Assembly (NCBI GenBank): GCA_964247055.1
Contig: OZ176051.1
Location: 14,074,001-14,138,000 of the forward strand
Length of the DNA: 64,000 nucleotides
DNA from: Paragordius varius
Lineage: Eukaryota > Animalia > Nematomorpha
Direction: 5' to 3'
The notes under the pieces were generated by a model that saw only the letters and a list, made by a program, of their open reading frames with translations, had not been told where the DNA came from and did no database searches. Numbering within the stretch: position 1 is the stretch's first letter; each line of letters starts with the position of its first letter. The position numbers and the translations under genes were made by a program. Of this stretch, positions 41,171-54,400 are shown piece by piece.

Positions 41171-43559
41171 TTTTATAAATATATAGATTATAAAAGCAAT
41201 TTTCTATTTTAGGACCAATTAAAACACGAAGAAGAAATCAAACATAATTTGAATTAAATTTTAGCCTATATTTTTTAACAAACTCAATGGTTAATTTTTA
41301 AATTTAAATTATTATTGAATTTATAAGTCATTCATGAACATTATTATCAAATATTATATTATCATTGTTAATTATTATATAAATATGTACTAAATAATAG
41401 AATTTTATCAATGATAAATAATATACTACCATTTTTTTTGATTCGGCTTGCCTCTTTACGTTAATTTGCTATTAGTGTGGATTTTTTATCAACGCAAACA
41501 CCGCCACAATATTAATTACAGTGCGCGGAAAAACAAGTTTTTATAAATCATAAATTATTTTAACTATTAGCTCGAGGATAATAATTATCTATGAAAAATT
41601 TTATTATAATACCATAAATTTTTAAATTTTTCTGCTCCTAGCTTTATGGAAAAATCGCATTTTTATATTATTACATTAGGCCAAACAAAATTAAATGCGC
41701 TAGAGGGAAACGCGTCATAATAGTTTTCTTTGTTTTATGCACCATAGAGGTAATTTTAAATTCCAATTTTATGGATGAATATTTTACAGCTTAGTTATAG
41801 AAAAACTCACATAGATTCAAATTAAAAATCGTAATTTCAGATTATCATAAAAGCTAAATTATGCGGCAAAAGAATTTAATTTTTAATGAAGTTATAATAA
41901 AGTTAAAATATAGTTTACCCTATGACATATCAAAGCGGAAGAAACGCCTAATTTTTAAAACATCCAATATACACATTAGCAGAAAAATATCAAATTACTT
42001 AGTTTTTTAATTTATAGAGTCATAGGCCACAAGCGCAGGAATATACAAAATGGCAATTAAATAATTAATCCCAATTTTCGGGAAATCCCTAAATCAAAAG
42101 CTGAAATAGATGTCATCAAATTGCGAAAAAAATGTTTTTATATATAAATTAAACTATACGCTACTTCCGCTTTGGTGCTAATCAATAAATTTCTTTTTAT
42201 TACGCTAAAATTGATTTTAAATGGGCACTTTTATATAAAGACTATTTAATATAAAAAAATCTTTTTCGCTTAATAGCAAGTGTATTTCATTGACGCTAAA
42301 TAGCATATTTTTAACTTTACTGTAAAATATTTATCCATAATATTTTTAGTTTTGGATTACGTTAGAGTATATATTAGTTGTAGTTTTTTCCTCTATAATA
42401 AAAGTATGTTAGACCTAATTTTCGTCGATTATTTTAGTTAATAGCAAAAAATTATAAAATGTTATCTATTTTAACTGCATTTATTAATATTTAAATAATA
42501 ATTTATATAATAAATTATACTAAACCTTTTATATAGTTGATACATGATATATATTTTTTGATTCCTTGTACAGCAGAAGGGCAATAGTCCTCTATAAATT
42601 GGGATTTGCACCAAACTAAGAAAGCAGAACATATGTATCCACAACCTTTGCACTCTATATGCCCTTATAGTTAACTTGAAAATACGGATTTAGGTTTTTA
42701 AAAATTTTGGGCCACTAGTCACCCCTTCGCACCGACTGTATAGAACATATCCGTTCTCACTTTTTGATCATTCTCACAAACCTTTTCAGTTCCTTTTTTA
42801 TCCTTTTTTATCCTTGTTTTCTTGTCTTCTGTTTGGCGGGTATCCATATTTTAAATAGATTTTCTCTGGCAACTCATAACAATTCCTTCATCTTTTAGCC
42901 ATGCTCCTCTATATACATAATTTCTATCATCTTCTATTTCACACTTACCCGCATCTAATTGTTTTAACCACCTATATTCAAATTAAATATATCAAATTTT
43001 AATATATATTAATTGTAGTGGTAATAATATATTCATAGTTTATACTTATATTTTTGTATTATATAGCAAATAACGTATCTATTAGCTTATACTTATATAT
43101 GTAAGTATCATGCAAATACCGCCATATAATCTTTAACTTTATACTAGGATTGTATGATTCATGCAAATTACATTAAAGAAATAGTATATGCTCTATTTTA
43201 TATAATTAATAAATTATCGTTTTCATTTTCCAACCTAGGATCCAAACCTAACACCACTTAAGACCAAACTCTTTTTAGATCGCTGTTCATGTCTAGTATA
43301 ACTAAAATAAAAAAATACAGACTAAAGTATATCTTTCCTTTTTTATTGGGATTTAAATTGTATCAGGACTTATGTATAATCTAATACTGCCAGCCCAGTG
43401 ATAGCCATGATGGAAAATGCGTAGTTTCGGGGTTCGAACTCTGCGCAGTGTAATAGTCCGGCGCCTCGCCTACTTTCGATCCCGCCTCCCATGTCTAGTA
43501 TGCCTACCGTTTCTACAAATCTATCTTTGTCATTTCTTATTGATTCCTATTTAATTGCA

Positions 43560-44250
43560 TTCAGCCTTATAAGCTTATGCTTTTTAACATTTATTGGTAT
43601 TTCTGTCATATATTATCACATAATTTTATGTTTTTATATGACTTTGCAGTTTATAACACACTTTGAGGACTTTCGCAGGACAAGGATTTATTCGTGACTT
43701 TTTATTTCCACTTTCGTAGGTAATTTAATGGCTTTCTAGTTATGATGGTATATGATATAGCTAAGGTATAAAATTGGGCTTTAATAAATTAGCTCCTTTA
43801 TTTTCCCCCTAACATCCCGCCACGTTTAGGCTCAAAAATCTTCGATTTTGTCTTACGTTTCATAACATAACCATAAAATATGATTTTACTATCTTTCAAT
43901 AAAGTCATTTCTCCATCCAACAAATCAAAAATTCTCCTGTTTAGTTAACCCTATCTGATGGGTATAAACGGTAAAGATTGTAAAAACCCTCTTATCTAAT
44001 ATGATATATAATACTGTCAGCACGTCTAATCTCAAACTTGATTGGCTGGCACACTATTTTGCGACTCCATTGTAACCATTTGAACATGAATAAATAATTT
44101 TATATTTAACCTTTAATTTTTCAGTACTGTTTCCACGGTATCTAGTCTCCCAAATGTATAAAAAATTACCCTTTTTAGCCTCATAAACCCATTCATATCG
44201 CTTATTTTTTAACGAGCCACCATATATACTGGCTCACAGGTTACAACATT
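43560..44250 (-). mobile_element. RTE-type apurinic endonuclease remnant
   Basis: The minus strand gives IWETRYRGNSTEKLKVKYKIIYS..NGYNGV, IFTVYTHQIG and TYESG, matching APE motifs QETRW-G, YSG..NGV, YAPQ and TY.SG. Confidence 0.6.
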
Positions 44251-45280
44251 TTTGATCCATATTGGCCCCTATCTCTGTGCATAGCCGGTTTTGGCCTGGA
44301 TACGTTGTATATAAAACACAAAAAATTAGGATTAAAACGAATGATAAAACTGAAAAAGGATAAAAAAATCCTTAGAAAACAAAAATAATTTAATCAAAAT
44401 ATTAAACCAAAAAATAAATAAAATTAAATAAATAAAAATATTATAACACGTAGTTACAACAATGGGGAATACGAATTATGATTTATAATATATTCTAAAT
44501 AAAATGAAAAATAGTAAAAAAAAATTACAAAAAAGTAATTGCAAGTTTTTGAATAAATGGATACACCTTTATAAAAAATTATGTAATAATAAAAGAATTG
44601 CGATTCAAATCTAATAAAATTCGTTATGCACAATAAAGTACTATCCTAAGGCCCGCGATACTGCACAATTCATGTGGCATATGAGAAAAATCATTTACAT
44701 TCATATAAATGCTAATGAGTACTGGTATGATTGAACACATTAAAGCATGGATTAGGACCCATAATTATGAGATGGAAAATAAATCACGTTAATGCTAAAA
44801 AACAATTTCAATTATTTTCACGAGAGGACGTGGGCAAGCTAAAAGGACGTGTTTTTACACAAAAATGAAGAAATAGCGAATTGAATAATAATCAAAAGTT
44901 GAGACGCTAACATAGGCCTAGGTAGCATCACAACGGCTCTCACAGATAACATATTTAATGAATAATATTCATAACTTGATAACTAAATTGCTTGGAATAA
45001 CTATGAGATTAATAATTTAACACGTAGCGTGCTAATGTTCTAATTGATTTTCAGGTAGTTTTTGTAAAAAACATACCACTTCAATATGTACATATTATTT
45101 ATGTTTGATATAAACTATTTGAATAATTTTATAATAAATTTATTTATTACTAAATTTCATATTTTTAAATAAATATATTATGTAATATTATCGTATATTA
45201 TTATAAAGACTCGTTCCAAGAAGTTATTTATACATATTTTTACTATTATTGATTAATTATATTAAAATGCCTAAGGCAAC

Positions 45281-45348
45281 TGACCTTGATGCTTTTTTGA
45301 CCGTTTATGATATAAAATTTGATTCTTGTTACAATTACCAAAAGGTCA
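45281..45348 (+). promoter_or_regulatory. Conserved upstream motif pair of paralogue 3 (TGACCTTGA plus AAAGGTCA)
   Basis: TGACCTTGA (reverse complement TCAAGGTCA) is at 45281-45289 and AGGTCA at 45343-45348, about 160 and 98 bp upstream of the ATG at 45441. Confidence 0.45.
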
Positions 45349-45440
45349 TTTGATTATATTTTGGCATCATTAGCCTTTTTCACTAAACAATTTAAAGAAA
45401 ATACTTTGTTTTTTATTTTTTATTAAAATTGATACATTTA

Positions 45441-48400
45441 ATGATTTTTGTATGGAACCTAATAATCTTTATATGGATGAGCATACCTATGAAAACCAGC
45501 CACAATGGAATGATGTTTGGGCGAAAGAGTAATTTTTAATATTTATCATTCAATTATCAATGTGAAATATTTATAAAAATTTATACACTGTAGAGATGAG
45601 GGAAATTTTTTTCGAATGATATATGTCTAATGGGTATTATAATTTAATTTAACTTCAATATATATATATATATACTGTGTGCAAAAAAAAGTTATTTTTT
45701 TTAACAAAAAAATTTTTTTCAAGAGAAATTTTATGACCATTGAATTTATTTGCCGCAAAAATTTTAATTTGTTGACAACCTAGTTTTTGAAATATTATGG
45801 AAAATCGAAATCGGGCAAAAAGTGAAAATTAAGGATATTAAGCATAATTTAAATAATAATGATAAAAGTTGAGATATTATAGTGTGTTATCATTTTAGAA
45901 GATATTTTTAATATATAAATAATTTAAAATTATATAAATAGGATTTAAAAAGGTCAAAAGATGGCGTATATGTTGTAACACACTTTAAAAAAATTCATGA
46001 AACTATATAATAATTTTTTTAATTATTTACTAACTAAACTCAGTATTAAAACTTAACATTCACATTTTATTCAGTGAAAAATTTCTATATCAAAATAAAA
46101 CTAAAAAATATTGTTTTTTATTTTATTTTATTGTCATCTGGTTTAGGAGTGTATAAAAAGTTTATACTATTTTATGAATCTTATTGAGCGGGAGTTATAA
46201 AGTATATAATTCATGCAAAATAGGATAAAGAATGGAAAATCAGCTAAACCGTACATATCCAGTAAAAATATTAACTTGTGAAACCTGTTACAGGAATTTA
46301 TACGGATTGCTGGTTAATAAATCATTACTTTTAAATTCTATTTTAATTATATATTTTATAAATCCCACTCCTGTAAGATTTGAAAATAAAACATTATAAA
46401 CTTTATATACATTCATAAACCAAATGACAAAAAAATAAAAAAATAAACAATATTTTTTAGTTTTCATTTTTTATAGAAGTTTTTTTACTAAATAAAATAT
46501 GGTTAAGCTTTTGATAGTGAGTTTATAGTTAATAATTGAAAAAAATTATTTTACAATTGTTTCGTGAAATTTATGTCGGTTAAAAAACGCCATCATCTGA
46601 ACTGAGAATTTATAAAAACCCTATTTATATGATTTTACTATTTATATATTGTAAATATTTAATGATAACAAACCATAATACAACTTTTATCATTATTTTT
46701 TGAATCCTTAATTATCTTCAATATCACTTTTTGCCTGATTTCGATTTTCTCTTAGTATTCCAAAAACTAGGTCGTCAACAAATTATTTTTGCGGCAAATG
46801 AATTCACTGGTCATAATCTTTCTCATGAAAACACAGTAGATATATAAATGTGTGATGTTGTACTTCGGATTTCACTAATATTTAACTAAATCTGTGTATG
46901 ATGATAAAATAATAATTGGGATAAATTTAAAACTTGATTATAATACTATCGATAATAATTTTAGCATTACATTACATAATCGCTTTAATAGTCTTGATCA
47001 CCCTAAAAATTGTCAAAACATTGAAAGTATATGGAATCCAATACACACAATTTGCAAAAATACAGCCGATGAATTTATATCGCCTTACAAACCACTCAAA
47101 CATAAAATTAAACTATCAGCAAATAGTCTTGCCATAGCAGAAGAACGCAGTAGGAAAAGTCAAAGGAAATTGGTGTGAATATAAAATTTTAAACAGAAAT
47201 TTTCAAAACAGCATAAGTGGGGATAAAAACAATCAATATAAAACATTGTGTGAAAAGCTAGAAACCGAAGCCAAAAACAAGCAAAACTTTTTTAACCAAA
47301 CAAAAAAGATTAAACAAAACAAAAATATAATTACCGCCGCCCATGAGAAACGCTGATAAATATCTTGTCACGGATAAAGCCGAAACTTTAAGAATATGGC
47401 ACGATCACATATCCAACCTTTATGAAACAAAAACCACCAAAATTTTTAATGAAAACACCCAAGAAAAAGATCCTCCTTTGCTAAAAGAAGAAGTGGATTG
47501 GGCTGTAAAACATTCGGCCACTGATAAAGCAGAGGCTCACAATGATGTGCCAGCTGAAATAAAACATATCCCGCTGGTCCTCTACGATTTTTTTCAAAAA
47601 AATCTTTTACTCGGAAGAAATTCCTGAAGATAAGGGTAAATCTATTCTGATACCTATTCTAAAATAGGAAATCCCGAAATATGTAACAATTATAGAACAA
47701 CAAATCAAATGTCTATAATTTTCTTGAAAATCAATCAAAAACGCCTTCAATTTATTTTAGAACCAGAAATATCAACTACTCAGGCTGGTTTTCGAAAAGG
47801 GCGAGGATGGAGAGATATGATAGCCAATATGAGATGGATAATGGAAAAACACATAGAATTTAATAAGGAAATCCATATATGCTTTGTGGATTTTTCCAAG
47901 GCTTTTGATTCCATCCAACATAATCATTTACCTAAATTCTTAAAACAGCTAGGAGGGGGTTTCAACTCATTTAATTAACATAATATTCTCAATTTAAATC
48001 AAATTCAACTGCTATGGTTTCCACAAATCATGGGGTAACTGATCCCTGCATGGTGAATGTGGGGTTACCTCAGGGCTGCGTATCACCTATTCTGTTCAAC
48101 GCATATCTCGAATGCCTAATGAGAAACATACCCGATTCATTCGGCGTTCAGGTTGGAGGCTCTGATCAAATTTCTATTCACTATGCAGACGATACGGTTA
48201 TCTTCGCAGACAATCCAAAATCATTGACACTCATACTACAACATTTTGTAGATGAGTGTTAAAAGTATGGACTACAGATCAATCTTTCAAAAACAAAGAT
48301 CATACAAATTAACCACAAAGTCGCAAACACTATAATAATCGTTAACGGGAACTCTATTGAAACAGTCAAAAGTTACACATATGGGAGCTTACTACGTGAT

Positions 48401-51400
48401 GATAATAATTGCACTCCCAAGATAAAACGAAGGATAGCCATGGCCAAAACTCGCCGCAAATAATTATAATAAAATCTGGGCATCCCATGATATCAGCTTA
48501 AAACAAAAATTCGACTTACAAATGCAATCGTTTTTCCAACTTTCCTCTATGGGTGTGAAAGTTGGACTTTAAAAAAATCCGATACATACTAATAATTAAC
48601 TCCTTTGAAATGTGGATGTGGATAAAACTTTTACAAATAAATTGGACGGATAAAATTACTAACAATGCAATTTTGAATAAAATCAATCCCGACATGTCAT
48701 TGTTCGGAATGTCCATCCGCACCAAACTATCCTACTTTGGCCACATTATGAGATCTAATTCATTGGAAAAGTCTTGATGTTGGGTAAAGTTAGAGGTACA
48801 CGTAAAAGGGGCCTAAGAAGGATAAGGTGGATGGACAATATTCAACAAGAAATCCACGTAACCTTGGCTGAACTCAACATCCAAACTAAAAACCGCAATT
48901 TATGGAGAAGTTTTATTTATAATATTGCAAAAAGTCGTGTAGCAACACACACACACACACATATACTTTATAAAAACGTTTATTGATGAAGCGTTTCGAA
49001 GTGGTAGCACGGTATAAAACAATAAAAAACATTGACATACATTTTTTGTTTTATCATATTTTATAATTATTTTTTCAATTTTTTTTTAATTATATGTTAT
49101 CTCGTTTTAGTGAATCTCATTAAAAAGCTACTACCATGTATGGAGAATTCAAATTATTATTTTAACATTAAATATTAGTTCTCGACGACAATATTAAAGA
49201 AAACATTTTATTTAAAATTCTGAAATAATGTTTAGCATCATCAAATTATATATGGTTTTATGAAAAGGTGTTTATACCGCCTGCACCATGCTATATAATA
49301 CAATAAAGTATGCCCTATCAATTGTTCAAAGCATGCTTTTAAATATTATTTAATATCTCAATATAGCATGTAAAAACCCTTTTATACCTCGTATTTTTTA
49401 CTTACAAAACGAGCCCATTTTAAGAAAATCTAAAATTTGCGACTTTTGGAGCATATGTCTAAATTTTAAATTTATTATAATTATGCTTAATATAATTTAT
49501 AATATACTAATAATTTTTGGAATAAAGCATTTAAGTTTCTTCACCAAAGATTTTACTAGCATGTGGGCCAATTTAATATTTTAGATATGCATTAACCACA
49601 AAAGGAGAAATAATTTTCATATATTATTGGAAAATTTTGAAATATTTTTCTATCTTATATTTATTTCATCAGGATTTGTGTTTATTTTTATATTTTTACT
49701 TAAAACATGTGAAATATTCGGTTATATGATTATAGAGCTGAAGCTTTTAAATGCAATCAATGACCAAGAGCGTTTTATTATCCGAATCTATTAATAATAT
49801 GTTAAAGTTAACGTAAAGTGAAATTATCGGTTATTGATGATACATTATGTATAAAAATTACATGGTAAACATATAAAATTATATATTAGCGATCATAGTC
49901 TTGGTGCAATTATAATTTACCGGTTAAATTGGGTAGTGTTAATGTAAAGACGTTTATATCTATACCAATATATAAGACAATGACAATCTAGAACTTTGGT
50001 TATATCAACCTCAAGGTTTAGGCCTACCTTATAAATTCCCTACATACAAATGGCGTTTTGGAAGAAGTAGCAATTTTTAAATTGGGTACCTACCCATTAT
50101 TAACATTAACAAAAAAATACAAATCTATTATTATAATAAACGTGAACAGGCTCTATTTAATCTATCTATATTTGATCTTTTATCAGGTTACCAGTTGTCC
50201 AACGATATGCTATTGATATACAGTTTCCACAAATAAATATTACCGATGAAATATATATATTATTTATATATATTGATAAAATATATCAGAAACATTATGA
50301 TGCCTTAGGTTTTGGTCACGAGTGATTTAAGAGACACTTTCGATTAAGTGCTTCCTATTTAAAAATGGCAAAATTCACCCATTTTAAATAACATTATTTA
50401 GGCGAAAGCTAAACAAAAAATAATATTAATATATCATAAACTACATATAAAATGCCAAACAATATATATAAAAAATAATTTTTAGAAGTGGGCTCTGAAA
50501 CAATTTTATTTGCTCTTCTAAGGCTAGCTCTTTTAAAATACAAGTAAAAATGATGGGATTGCGCGATAAAACTTTAAAAAACGCTAAATTCTAACATCAA
50601 TAAAAAATTATAATAATGCATACTTTTTCTAAAATTTAATTTTTAGCAAATAGTATAAAGCTTACTTCGTACTATTTTGAGGCATGATGGAAACAGAAAA
50701 ACGCTTAATATTATTTAAACACTTTATCCATAGATTTGATGATGTTGGACATTTCTAACCTCAGATTGTTGATTAAAAGTTCGTCTTCAAATTTATATTG
50801 AAAATATATAGTGGATTTTTCAAAAGATCAAAAAATTTTCAGTGAACGAACTTTTAAATAAAAAATATCGATAAAATGTTTGGCTATTTTAAAGCGTTTA
50901 TACATTTCCATCATGGTTAAAAATGGCATTAAGTGCGCTTCAACAGAATTTTGCAAAAAATTAAATTTTGAAAAGATATGCATATATTTTTAGTTGATAT
51001 CAAAATTTAGTTATATAATTTTTATCACAATCTCAGCATTTTTGCGTTTAGAGAACTAACCCATTTTATAAAAGCAAAAAACTTTAGGAAAAGGCCACAT
51101 TAAAAAATTAATACTTTTTAAAAATATTATTTTGCTTTTTATATGTAGTTTATGATATTTATTGATGTTTTTTGAAAGCATTCAGCTTTCACAAAAATAA
51201 TTTTGAACAAAATGTTCGCGAAATCAGTTACTATGAAAAATAACTTTCTTTTATCACTCGATAGGGAAACTAAAAGAACCAATCCTGATAATATATAATA
51301 TATATTTGATCAACCTTGAAGCTATCAGTTATCTTATATATTATTACTCAATTTCAGAGAGTCTCGTGACTGATAATATATTAGGCGCTTAGTTTTAGGT

Positions 51401-54400
51401 TAGATTATATATTATATACACAAAGTGTGCAAAAAAATTTTAACAAAAAATTTGTTTTCATGAGAAAGCTTATGACCAGCGAATTCATTTGCCGCAAAAA
51501 TTGTTATTTGTTGACAACTTAGTTTAAAATATTCAGAGAAAATCGAAATCGGGCAAAAAGCGGAAATTAAGGATAATTAAGGATATTTTTAAAAAATAAT
51601 GATAAAAGTTGAGACACTATGGTTTATTATCATTTAATATATTTTCAATATATATATTGCCTAAAATCATATAGTTAGGGTTTCTATAAAATTTCAGCTC
51701 AAAAGAAGGCGATTTTCTTTTAACACACTTAAGTATTTTTATCAAACTATATTATAATATTTTTGTAAATTATTTGCGTGCTAAACTTACTATTAAAATT
51801 TAAAAGCCATATTTTAGTTAAAATAACTTATAAATCAATATAAAAATAAAAAATATTGTTTTTTATTTTTACATTTTTGTCATCTGGTTTATGAGTGTTT
51901 AAAGAGTTTAAACTGTTTTATGAATCTTACTGAGTGGGAGTTATAAAGTATATAATTTATGCAAGATGGGGTCTAAAAGTATTGGAAAATCAACCAAACC
52001 GTATATATCCCAGTAAAAATATTAACTTGTGTTAAAAGAAACCTGTTACAGGAATTTATACGGATTGCTGGTTGATATTCCACTACTTTAAAATTCTATT
52101 ATGCTTAAATTATATATTTTATAACTCCCACTCCTGTAAGATTTTAAAATAAAACAGCATGATGACAAAAAATGCAAAACTAAAAAACAATATTTTTGGT
52201 TTTATTTTGATATATAAGTATTTTATACTGAATAAAATATGATTGTTAGGATTTTAATAGTGAGTGTAGCAAATAATTAAAAAAAAATATTTTAATATAG
52301 TTTCATTAAATTTTTTTAAGTGTGTTAAAAGAAAAACGCTATCTTCTGAGCTGAAATTTTATAAAAACCCTAACTATTTTTAGCCTATTTATATATTGAT
52401 AATATATCCTAAAATGATAATAAACAATATCTCAAATTTTATCATTTTTTTTGAATTATCCTTAATTTTCACTTTTTGCCCGGTTTCGATTTTCGTTCAA
52501 TATTCCAAAAACTAGGTTGCCAACTGTAAAAAGCGAAAAGAATTTATTTTAGCATAGAGAATTATTATATATTTCGTGTATAAAATATATTGCATAATAT
52601 ATAGTTTTAGAGCAAGGTTGCTTTTTTGCATCAATATTTAGATGAAAGCATTCACCACCAAGTTATATATTTGCATAAGGTTAAATATTACAGTATTTAG
52701 GAAGCATTCAAAACCAAGATAATATACATTTTTAGCGTAACAAGGACAATGTATTATGCACAAAGGTAAAAGAGAAGGATAATATTATATTTTCATGTCA
52801 ACTAATATAAGGTCAATTGAGTTAAGTTAACAAAAACAATTAAGTTATCAAACATAACACCAACAAATAAAATTTTTTGCGGCAAATGAATACGCTGGTC
52901 ATAAGCTATCTCATGATAAAAGCACACAGTATATATGTATATATACAAGGGGCCTAAAAAATTCCCGGGCCCCTGTAAATATTTTTTCAGCGGGCTAACG
53001 TATATTACTGATATTTTGTGCTCTTGTTAAGTATCACATCATATAAAATGGCGAGATATTTGTTTTATGATAATGGCACTGAATTCTTAAATAATATTGT
53101 GCTGTAGGCCCCGCAATATGTACCGCTAATGTAACTTGATGATAAAATTTTATTATATTTCAACATCTGTGGTGACCCTCGTACGGTCCGTGGGCCGCTG
53201 TTTTAAAGTGTACCTTCTGTTAATGGATTCGTTTAAATTCAGGGATTGTATATTTAGACAAGATGCTTAAATTATTTGATGTAAAAAAAAGCCTTATTTG
53301 ATATATTTATCCTATTTTCTCTTTTAAACTATGTAACTCTAATATAGACTTTATAGTTTTTTCCCAGTTCCTATTTTTAAGTAAGCGTAGGTACTTTATA
53401 AATTTAAAAAATCTACCCAAATAATTCTGTCAAGGTTATCTTAGTGCTATAGGAAAATATTTAAAAAATTGTTAACATGGTAAATCCCAATTTAATCGGA
53501 AATAAAAAAAATGTTATCATATCATAATTTTTTAAAAAAATAATATATAAATATTAAATTATAATGAGATTTTTACTTTAAAAGGGAACTCGAAAAAATG
53601 TTATCATATAAACAAATTTTAATAATCACATAAATATTAAATTCTATTTTTAAAAATAAAAACATATCAAAACTAGTTATTTGAAAAATGGTTATAGAAC
53701 ACGGGTGATTCCTAAGAATTTGAAAATGGAATTGGGGGTTTCTGAAATTTGGAATTAACCCGGTTGGTTCCAAACTAACGGAGCTGGGTTTCACAAAAAT
53801 CATAAACCGGGTTACAGTTTGGTTCCGGTTTAAAGTCCTGATTAGTATGTTATAATCGCGCATACATATTTGTTGATGAAAAGATATAGCTATTATCATT
53901 TTACACTAGCAGTATACCGAAGGAAGTTAAATTAACGTTTTTTGAATATTTTTATCAATTAGCACTGCAATGTATACAGACATGCACAGTATATTGTGCC
54001 ACTTATGACATTTTCAATTGCAATTGTTCTTGCAGTTCAACTGATTATTGCCGTTCTCCCACATGTGCCCCAGGATTTGCATATGAAGTTGATTCCTCAG
54101 GGTGCTCTGCATGCTCAAGTATTTTTTACAAAATCGTTTACCAAAATAAGCTTATTTTGGCAATGATTTTCTAATTTTAACCCGCCAATACCATGTTAAC
54201 CATTATATTAAGTAATCATATTTTGGAAAATTTTGAGCGACAAATTAGATATTGAGTTAGTAGCCACTTATAAAATTAATATTTCTATTTCTTTAAAAAA
54301 AATATTTCTCATATTTGAATATATACGACTGCATACTAATAGTATTCTCAGAATTTATGTTTTAAGTAAAAACCATCTAATAAACTCTTAGATTTTAGTT

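Larger units (their letters stand above)
34814..41247 (+). pseudogene. Paralogue 2 of the Cys/mucin/polybasic family, disabled
   Basis: Exons lie at 34814-34901, 38019-38174, 39521-39752, 39860-40021 and 41213-41247. Codon 3 is TGA (ATG GTT TGA). Exon 3 is 232 nt, a frameshift giving TAA at 39655-39657. Exon 4 has further indels. All 10 Cys and all splice sites are still present. Confidence 0.75.

Noticed and set aside
43390-43495. GC-rich island with A-box-like (tagccatgatgg) and B-box-like (ggttcgaactc) motifs, possible tRNA or SINE
   Set aside because: No convincing cloverleaf could be drawn and there is no second copy in the window; it lies beside RTE debris. tRNAscan-SE would settle it.
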